A model generated the notes under the pieces. That model was not told where the DNA came from and did not search any database. It saw only the letters and a list, made by a program, of their open reading frames with translations. A program made the translations under genes and the position numbers. DNA of 7,616 nucleotides from a virus (Duplodnaviria > Heunggongvirae > Uroviricota > Caudoviricetes), in IMG/VR virus record IMGVR_UViG_2695420643_000016, positions 1 to 7,616 of that record; one strand, written 5' to 3'. The number at the start of each line of letters is the position of its first letter. Positions within the stretch are counted from its first letter, which is position 1. Of the stretch, positions 1 through 4,934 are shown piece by piece.

Positions 1-96
1 GCAGAAGCAGAAAAAGCTTATTATGCTTCCATCGGAAACGATGATCTGGCAGCCTGAGTTCACAGATAAAATACTCTCCAGGAAACCCGGGGCGGT

Positions 97-204
97 TCAC
101 TGGCAGGCCTGAATCACAAACTGGCAGGCCACAATCTTTCCGCGCACAACATCACGGGCATACTGATTGGCAGCATTTACGTTGGGGTAAGATTTCCGGC
201 TCAT
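97..204 (-). pseudogene. N-terminal fragment of a large terminase (TerL-like), 35 codons ending in an in-frame TGA; probable truncated or disrupted terL
   Basis: ATG at 202..204 overlaps the terS stop (ATGA). Translation is [35 protein letters not shown] then TGA at 97..99. The Y-A-x-D-V-x-x-G-K-I-x-A-C ... A-C-Q pattern matches my recollection of the N-terminus of PF03354/COG4626 large terminases, where R-x-L-x-D-L normally follows. No frame in 1..96 continues that motif. A single-base misreading on my side cannot be excluded. Confidence 0.35.
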
Positions 205-695
205 GACTCGATGATTTTCAGAAACGGGTTAGTGGCTTTCTTCTGCCCCGCCAGGCCAATCAGACGCTGGCGGCTGCTGGGGTCGAGTCCGAGCATTGCC
301 CCCGTGCTGCTCATCTCGGACTCCTGTTCTTTTTTGGCGGTCAGCTCCGGATTTTTGACCCTGCCGCCCATTGCACCGGTGATGGTGTTGCCCTGTATGG
401 CAATATTTTTCACGGCACGTCGCCAGAACTCATAGGCCACGCACCACCGCTCAAGCACCGCGAGGTCAGTCACGCACAACAGGCCCTGACCGCAGAGTTC
501 TTTGGTTGTCAGTTGCCACATGATCGTGGCGAGAGGGAGATTTTCTTCTGCGAACCACTCCGGTGGCTCAACACCTTTGATGGGCGTAAAAACAGGTTCA
601 TCTTTATTCAGGGCTCGCTTGCCGGGGTTTCCGGCCAGCGCCTTGCGCGCCGTTGGCTTGGGGCGACGCCCGGAACGCCCCGCCGTTCCAGCCAT
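201..695 (-). CDS. terminase small subunit (P27-like family)
   Basis: Track ORF 201..704. Product [27 protein letters not shown]... resembles P27-family TerS as I recall it. The track start is GTG at 704; the in-frame ATG at 693..695 is preceded by AGGAG and is the likelier start. It sits immediately downstream of the HNH gene and is coupled to the next ORF by an ATGA overlap. Confidence 0.8.
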
Positions 696-745
696 ATGCG
701 GCACTCCTGGTTAAATTTCATTTTTCGCGGGTATAAAAAAACGAT

Positions 746-794
746 GGGGCGGGCAGTCCGGAAGACGTCAGGTCACAGGGATTTGACCCGCCCC
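746..794. other. candidate cos (cohesive end) region between the HNH and terS genes
   Basis: G-rich inverted repeat GGGGCGGG (746..753) and CCCGCCCC (787..794) flank a 33-bp core containing a GACGTC palindrome, preceded by an A7 tract. The GGGGCGGGCAGTCC string loosely resembles the lambda-type cohesive end GGGCGGCGACCT. The gene order HNH-cos-terS is the known HK97-type packaging arrangement. Confidence 0.3.
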
Positions 795-820
795 TCCCCT
801 CTTGCAGTGGGAACTGGTTC

Positions 821-1171
821 TTACTTCAGCCGTTCACGGGCCGTCTTCGCCTTATGACACGGCCAGCACAGGCTCTGCAGATTGCTGTCGGCATCAGTGC
901 CGCCATGCGCTTTAGGGATGATGTGGTCAACGGTTTTCGCCTCGCGCACCACACCGGCACGCAAACACAACTGACACAGGCCTTTGTCACGCTTTAGTAC
1001 ACGCCCCCGGATAACATCCCATTTCGAACCATAACCGCGCTGGTGTCGGGACTGGCCTGGCTTGTATTGCTTCCAGCCCTCGCTTTTGTGGCTTTCGCAA
1101 TAACCTGACGGGTCAGTCGTGGTATGGCGGCAGCCGCGAACTCGGCAGGCTTTTGGGGTTCGTGGTGGCAT
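821..1171 (-). CDS. HNH homing-type endonuclease, phage packaging-associated
   Basis: Track ORF 821..1270 begins with TTG; the in-frame ATG at 1169..1171 (MPPRTPKACRVRGCRH...) is preceded by GGAG at 5-nt spacing. The product has CxxC...C...H and DHIIPKAHGG...N...CWPCH motifs typical of HNH nucleases. It lies directly upstream of terS. Confidence 0.8.
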   Translation of the reverse strand: MPPRTPKACRVRGCRHTTTDPSGYCESHKSEGWKQYKPGQSRHQRGYGSKWDVIRGRVLKRDKGLCQLCLRAGVVREAKTVDHIIPKAHGGTDADSNLQSLCWPCHKAKTARERLK

Positions 1172-1292
1172 ATGTACTCCAATGAAGAAGCTACCGACAT
1201 AGCCTCCTCCATTCGTCGTGAAACTATTTTCATCTACCCAGTAATGAATTCTTTGAAGAGTCGAGATCAATACAACTCACTGATGGGAGAGG

Positions 1293-1314
1293 CTTGCCTC
1301 ACGCGTGAGGCAAG
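1293..1314. repeat. perfect 22-bp palindrome CTTGCCTCACGCGTGAGGCAAG (possible stem-loop or protein-binding site)
   Basis: Read directly from the sequence. It lies in the roughly 290-bp gap between the Rz1 stop and the HNH start. The T-rich flank TTTCCTGTTTGATTT is on the plus-strand side only, so it is not a canonical terminator for the minus-strand late transcript. Confidence 0.5.
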
Positions 1315-1394
1315 TTTCCTGTTTGATTTACTGGACAGTATAGGGGGGCAGAATGCCTTCCTCACTCGAATAACATCAATTAAGGAGGTTCAAC

Positions 1395-1517
1395 ATGTTT
1401 CATTCCACAAGTCATCAGGCTGTAATTATGGTAGCATCAGTTTGTGCCACATACCTTTTCCGCTTCACTTTGAGTCTGATTCATTTCTACCTGACCGGCT
1501 CGCCTCTATCTTTCTAA
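1395..1517 (+). CDS. hypothetical 40-aa hydrophobic peptide (possible small membrane protein)
   Basis: A consensus Shine-Dalgarno TAAGGAGGT sits 6 nt upstream of ATG 1395. Translation is MFHSTSHQAVIMVASVCATYLFRFTLSLIHFYLTGSPLSF with one predicted transmembrane span. It is in the opposite-strand position that the bor moron occupies in lambda. It overlaps the 3' end of Rz1 antisense and no convincing promoter was found. Confidence 0.2.
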   Translation: MFHSTSHQAVIMVASVCATYLFRFTLSLIHFYLTGSPLSF

Positions 1518-1740
1518 TCCCCGCTTTGTCAATATTGCATTGTCCCAACGCTGACAACAGACTCACATTCAACTCCAGACTGGCACCATACGTCAGCGGA
1601 TTGGGTATAAACGGTACAGGAGTATCAGAAGTCAGGCTGGCTGGCAGTGGTGCCACCGGAGCGCTCACGTAAACCGTTCGCGAATTTCCGCAACCGGTCA
1701 GCAGCGACAGCAGGCACAGGACGTGAAGCACAATCATCAT
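1465..1740 (-). CDS. Rz1: o-spanin (Rz1-like outer-membrane lipoprotein), overlapped architecture
   Basis: Tandem ATG-ATG at 1735..1740 in the +1 frame inside Rz. Product MMIVLHVLCLLSLLTGC... has a lipoprotein signal with lipobox LLTG-C followed by a proline-rich mature region. The frame stays open 160 bp past the Rz stop. Confidence 0.55.
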   Translation of the reverse strand: MMIVLHVLCLLSLLTGCGNSRTVYVSAPVAPLPASLTSDTPVPFIPNPLTYGASLELNVSLLSALGQCNIDKAGIRKIEASRSGRNESDSK

Positions 1741-2017
1741 CCGCAACAGCCACTTTGATATCTTCCTGGGTTCTCTGTGACTCCAGTGTGATCTGCTGTT
1801 TTGCATGCTGGTTAGCCTCCAGAACTGTATTGACGATTTGCAGTGATTGCAGGACGTTATTGGTAATGACAGTTGCCGATTTGGCATTTTGTACAGCCTC
1901 ATCAGCACGTTTCTTTTCGTGCTGATATTTGCTGTAGTAGTGGTTGGCAGACCAGATGAAAGAACCGATGACAGTAAAGAAGAATGCAGCGATAACCAAC
2001 TTATAGCTCAACTTCAT
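1625..2017 (-). CDS. Rz: i-spanin (Rz-like), N-terminal TM anchor plus coiled-coil periplasmic domain
   Basis: 130-aa ORF directly after the endolysin, overlapping its 3' end by 17 nt. N-terminal hydrophobic segment LVIAAFFFTVIGSFIW followed by a charged, helix-prone sequence. Rz1 is embedded or overlapped in the +1 frame. Confidence 0.75.
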   Translation of the reverse strand: MKLSYKLVIAAFFFTVIGSFIWSANHYYSKYQHEKKRADEAVQNAKSATVITNNVLQSLQIVNTVLEANQHAKQQITLESQRTQEDIKVAVADDDCASRPVPAVAADRLRKFANGLRERSGGTTASQPDF

Positions 2018-2477
2018 TTACCACCCCACCAGCCTCTTTAAACCGGGCAATCAGATCACCGATTTTATGTTCATACTGACCGTAACCAGCACCCGGCAAT
2101 GAAGCCCAGATATTGCTGCAACGGTCGATTGCCTGACGGATATCACCGCGATCAATCATCGGCAAAGCGCCACGCTCTTTAATCTGTTGCAATGCCACAG
2201 CGTCCTGACTTTTGGGAGAGAAGTCTTTCAGGCCAAGCTGATTACGGTAGGCATCCCACCAACGGGAAAGAAGCTGGTAACGTCCGGCGGCTGTTGATTT
2301 GAGTTTGGGGTTTAGCGTGACAAGTTTGCGAGGGTGATCGGAGTAATCAGTAAACATTTCACCACCGACAATAACATCATAACCGTGGTTACGTGTCGGT
2401 TGTCGCCCGTTATCCGTTCCTTCTGACCATGCAACCATATCCAGGAAAGCTTTACGCTGGGAATTTAGTACCTGCAT
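2001..2477 (-). CDS. R: endolysin, lambda R-type lytic transglycosylase
   Basis: 158-aa product MQVLNSQRKAFLDMVAWSEGTDNGRQPTRNHGYDVIVGGEMFTDYSDHPRKLVTLNPKLKS... is near-identical over most of its length to phage lambda R as I recall it, including the catalytic E in the WSEGTD motif. It sits between the holin and Rz. Confidence 0.92.
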   Translation of the reverse strand: MQVLNSQRKAFLDMVAWSEGTDNGRQPTRNHGYDVIVGGEMFTDYSDHPRKLVTLNPKLKSTAAGRYQLLSRWWDAYRNQLGLKDFSPKSQDAVALQQIKERGALPMIDRGDIRQAIDRCSNIWASLPGAGYGQYEHKIGDLIARFKEAGGVVNEVEL

Positions 2478-2480
2478 AAA

Positions 2481-2807
2481 TTACTCCTTAGAGCCACCAA
2501 ACTTATTACCGATTACTCTCATTGCAGCCCCACGAATAGCATCGACCCCGATCAGCCCAACGCCGCCACCAATGGCAACAGAAAGAGATTTAGGCCATCC
2601 GACATACTCAAGAGCGGATGCAAAAGTCAGCGTCAGAGCACCACAGAGCAAAATCTCGAGCGTTTTTCGTTTCCAGCCACCACCACCGCCAAAATAGGCA
2701 ATGCGCAAGCCAGCCATAACGATCGACATAATCACTGCGCCCAGCGGTGTGTCTCCACGCCACCAGCTCTGGACCAACTCCAGCCAGGTATTTGGGTTAT
2801 GAGGCAT
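2481..2807 (-). CDS. holin (class I-like, three predicted TM segments)
   Basis: 108-aa ORF immediately upstream of the endolysin with a 3-nt gap. Three hydrophobic stretches (LGAVIMSIVMAGLRIAYF, LEILLCGALTLTFASALEYV, LSVAIGGGVGLIGVDAI) and a charged C-terminus. The size matches lambda S. Confidence 0.7.
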   Translation of the reverse strand: MPHNPNTWLELVQSWWRGDTPLGAVIMSIVMAGLRIAYFGGGGGWKRKTLEILLCGALTLTFASALEYVGWPKSLSVAIGGGVGLIGVDAIRGAAMRVIGNKFGGSKE

Positions 2808-2959
2808 TTGTAGTTATCTCTCACCTCGCTGATACAGCAGGTGCAAATTGAGGGAACATCATGTACCGCAAATCAGAAGCGGAAACATCAAAGAAGCCGA
2901 ACCGATGGAGAACTGCGGAATAGGCCAGGACCAACGAATCCCCAGCCACAGAAACGACA

Positions 2960-2981
2960 AAACCCGCTCGACGGCGGGTTT
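2960..2981 (-). terminator. tR'-like intrinsic terminator in the late leader upstream of the holin
   Basis: On the minus strand, AAACCCGC-CGUCGA-GCGGGUUU (8-bp stem, 6-nt loop) is followed by UGUCGUUUCUG, a hairpin plus U-rich tract. It lies about 150 nt upstream of the holin start, where lambdoid phages place tR' between pR' and S. Confidence 0.4.
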
Positions 2982-3103
2982 AAGCTGTGTGGCGAAGTAA
3001 CCACTCTTAACAGATTACAATGTTTTTTGCGGAACGCGCTAATGATTTCCTCTTTTTTTTGTTGTATTTTTCACACGGTTGCTAAAATTATTTCGGATCG
3101 ATA
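2982..3103 (-). promoter_or_regulatory. inferred late promoter (pR') and Q-utilisation region, exact elements unresolved
   Basis: Inferred from position between the tR'-like hairpin and the cassette. The only -10-like hexamer on the minus strand is TGTAAT (plus coordinates 3015..3020) with a weak -35. No element could be assigned with confidence. Confidence 0.25.
3059..3088 (+). promoter_or_regulatory. candidate sigma70 promoter for the plus-strand cassette
   Basis: TTGTTG (3059..3064), 18-bp spacer, TAAAAT (3083..3088), about 15 nt upstream of ATG 3104. It is embedded in a T-rich tract that includes a T8 homopolymer at 3053..3060. The leader would be very short and has a weak SD. Confidence 0.25.
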
Positions 3104-4045
3104 ATGAGTACAGAAAATAAGAATAAAACCAGGCGAGTGAGAGTTGGTTTTTTCACTGGTAATGGAAGCAAAAAAGATGGCACATCTGCTGCAAAACTAG
3201 CCTTTGAGCAAATGACCACAGCAGATACTGTAACTTTTCCAATAACTTACACAACAGACACCCCAAATCGAGGGTTAAAGTTAGTTATTCTTCAAAAAGA
3301 TACCACACTGCAATGTTACTTTGGTTACGTATCGTGGAGAAGGGAATGCCTACTACCGTTCATCGAGGATGCTACAGGTAGTGAGAGAACAATTCCTTTA
3401 AATGATAAAGATTCTGTAGTTGAAAGAACATATTTTATCTATTACTACGAAACGGACTTATTAGCTATGACCCTCAACCATATAGGGCCCAAAGTAAATG
3501 ATCTGGCATTCATTTTGTATAACAAAACTGATTTAAAAAGCGTCACTTTTGAAGCCATTTGGAAACAAGAGAGCATGAAGGAACTGCTTGAGGACGGAAA
3601 TATCCTACGTAGTTTCGATCTTATAGTTGCTGCTCCAAGAAACTTTAACAAAGCTAATTATAAGATTAAAAACCCTTTAGCTAATGAAATTATTGACATG
3701 GTTGTTGGTATGGGCGGGTCGCATCTAAGATTAAATATGCGAGGTCGGATTCGCCCGAAAAAACAAGGATTTAACTATCTAAAAACTTCTGTCACCGATG
3801 CTATTAAGGAACTACTTGAACTTTTTCCAAAAGGTTCTGGAGGTCTAAAAATTAAAAAAATTGATGTAACAGAGCCATCCAATAGAACGCCCAAAAGTCT
3901 ACTTGACCAAGTATTGGTCAGTACAAAGACAATCATTGTCAAAAGCGGTTATCCATCCGATTCTGATATCAGAACGGCGATGATATCTGCTAAAATTGAT
4001 AACGCGAACTATCTTGCACAGTATGAGCTCGCTAGCAGAGACTAA
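3104..4045 (+). CDS. hypothetical 313-aa soluble protein, first gene of the AT-rich cassette; candidate sensor component of a RexA/RexB-like two-gene defence module
   Basis: Long ORF on the strand opposite the phage late operon. Hand-counted GC is about 33-37% versus about 58% in a flanking phage gene. No signal peptide or TM segment, and no Walker, HxH, DEAD or PD-(D/E)xK motif that I could recognise. It is followed after 21 nt by a membrane-protein gene. Confidence 0.8.
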   Translation: MSTENKNKTRRVRVGFFTGNGSKKDGTSAAKLAFEQMTTADTVTFPITYTTDTPNRGLKLVILQKDTTLQCYFGYVSWRRECLLPFIEDATGSERTIPLNDKDSVVERTYFIYYYETDLLAMTLNHIGPKVNDLAFILYNKTDLKSVTFEAIWKQESMKELLEDGNILRSFDLIVAAPRNFNKANYKIKNPLANEIIDMVVGMGGSHLRLNMRGRIRPKKQGFNYLKTSVTDAIKELLELFPKGSGGLKIKKIDVTEPSNRTPKSLLDQVLVSTKTIIVKSGYPSDSDIRTAMISAKIDNANYLAQYELASRD

Positions 4046-4066
4046 TAACCAAGCATGGAGGACACA

Positions 4067-4516
4067 ATGAGAGAATTAGCCACTTTTCTCTGGAAATGCG
4101 TCCTCTGGATTCTGTTGACCTATGCAGCGACAAAACTGTTTAAACCGATGAAGCATGCTGACGTACTCACAACAGCGGGGGTGCTCTCGACTATATCAGG
4201 CATCCTGTTTGGTTTTGTTCTGGCTGCAATATCTATATTTAGTAGTGCAAACAGCGATAAGGAAGGAGCAATTAATGCCCTTAAGCAAAACAACGTGTTA
4301 CCAACTCTGGTAAATAGATTACTTTCAACAGGGTTAACTCTCATCGTCGCGTGTATATTTCCATTGATAGCGATGTTTCTACCTGATGATGTTATTGTTG
4401 CGGGCAAACCTATTGATTTCCTGTTCATACTGTTAGGCTTATCCTCCCTTATAATTTCGCTATATACCTTCGGAAGGTGTTGGTTAGTGTTACGAAAAAT
4501 CTTCCCCCACTTGTGA
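4067..4516 (+). CDS. hypothetical 149-aa inner-membrane protein with four predicted TM helices; candidate effector of the cassette
   Basis: Track ORF 4055..4516. The ATG at 4067 is preceded by GGAGG at 5-nt spacing; the ATG at 4055 has no SD and would add MEDT. Four hydrophobic segments of about 20 aa each (FLWKCVLWILLTYAATKLF, VLSTISGILFGFVLAAISIF, LLSTGLTLIVACIFPLIAMFL, IDFLFILLGLSSLIISLYTF). Same AT-rich composition as the upstream gene. Confidence 0.8.
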   Translation: MRELATFLWKCVLWILLTYAATKLFKPMKHADVLTTAGVLSTISGILFGFVLAAISIFSSANSDKEGAINALKQNNVLPTLVNRLLSTGLTLIVACIFPLIAMFLPDDVIVAGKPIDFLFILLGLSSLIISLYTFGRCWLVLRKIFPHL

Positions 4517-4545
4517 CAGGTTGGCCTCATATGGGGCCAACCTGT
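4516..4545. repeat. stem-loop (11-bp perfect stem, 8-nt loop) at the convergent junction between the cassette and the Q gene
   Basis: ACAGGTTGGCC (4516..4526) pairs with GGCCAACCTGT (4535..4545). It begins at the stop codon of the membrane-protein gene and ends 7 nt before the Q stop. No U-tract on either strand. Confidence 0.45.
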
Positions 4546-4551
4546 GCAACC

Positions 4552-4917
4552 CTAAGCGTCCATTTCAAGGTTAACATCCAACATTGAAAGGCAACCATCA
4601 ATAAATCCTTCGGCTAGTTGTATTTCTATGCGTACCAATTTTTCATCCTTTCCACGCACCTTTGCAATCTTACGCTTGGATATTCTGTATAAATAATGTG
4701 CCACAAGCAGCGAGTGCTCATCTGGCTTTTTTTGCTTTAGACGAGCAAGACAACCTTCAATAATTAATGCATCACTATCTGAACAAGCCTGACGTGTTTT
4801 GCTTGTGTAGGGAAGAAGCCCCTTAAACCCAGCAGCTATAGGCGAATAGTCTACTCCAGAACTATCACTCGCCGCCCATGCTCCCCAACGCTCCAGAACC
4901 ATCTGAATATCACGCAT
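4552..4917 (-). CDS. late-gene antiterminator Q, short QuuD-like family
   Basis: Product MRDIQMVLERWGAWAA...AAGFKGL...LEMDA matches my recollection of the DLP12 Q homologue QuuD in its N-terminus and overall pattern. The track start is TTG at 4920; the ATG at 4915..4917 is preceded by GGAG. It sits between the nin-like genes and the lysis cassette. Confidence 0.7.
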   Translation of the reverse strand: MRDIQMVLERWGAWAASDSSGVDYSPIAAGFKGLLPYTSKTRQACSDSDALIIEGCLARLKQKKPDEHSLLVAHYLYRISKRKIAKVRGKDEKLVRIEIQLAEGFIDGCLSMLDVNLEMDA

Positions 4918-4934
4918 CAACTTTCTCCACCAAA

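Noticed and set aside
99-117. Resemblance of ACTGGCAGGCCTGAATC to an IS2-type terminal inverted repeat
   Set aside because: The match is short and imperfect, it falls inside codons for the conserved terminase motif, and no transposase ORF is present in the window.
211-857. Three plus-strand ORFs (211..435, 502..714, 513..857) opposite terS
   Set aside because: Antisense to a well-supported gene, with Arg-rich or low-complexity products typical of shadow ORFs in GC-rich coding DNA.
994-1233. 79-aa minus-strand ORF overlapping the HNH gene
   Set aside because: Alternative frame inside the HNH coding region. The HNH motifs are in the other frame.
1124-1672. 182-aa plus-strand ORF spanning HNH, the intergenic gap and Rz1
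   Set aside because: Antisense shadow ORF crossing two minus-strand genes and a palindrome-containing intergenic region. No SD, and the product is not protein-like.
2037-2041. Apparent extra A in an A-run that would truncate the endolysin and frameshift Rz
   Set aside because: The ORF track gives uninterrupted R (158 aa) and Rz frames across this point, and the neighbouring track stops at 1923..1925 and 2039..2041 are consistent with a one-base shift in my reading of one line. I treat it as a reading artefact, not a pseudogene.
2841-3104. 87-aa plus-strand ORF ending at the cassette start codon
   Set aside because: Lies in the regulatory region containing the tR'-like hairpin. Highly basic, Q/R/K-rich product with no SD.
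3104-4516. Assignment of the cassette to Kiwa (KwaA/KwaB)
   Set aside because: Sizes are similar, but Kiwa has the membrane protein first and the soluble protein second. Here the order is reversed, so I rate RexAB-like architecture as the closer analogy, without claiming homology.
3445-4530. Minus-strand ORFs 3445..3651 and 4120..4530 inside the cassette
   Set aside because: Antisense to the two long AT-rich cassette genes. AT-rich sense ORFs generate long antisense frames by chance.
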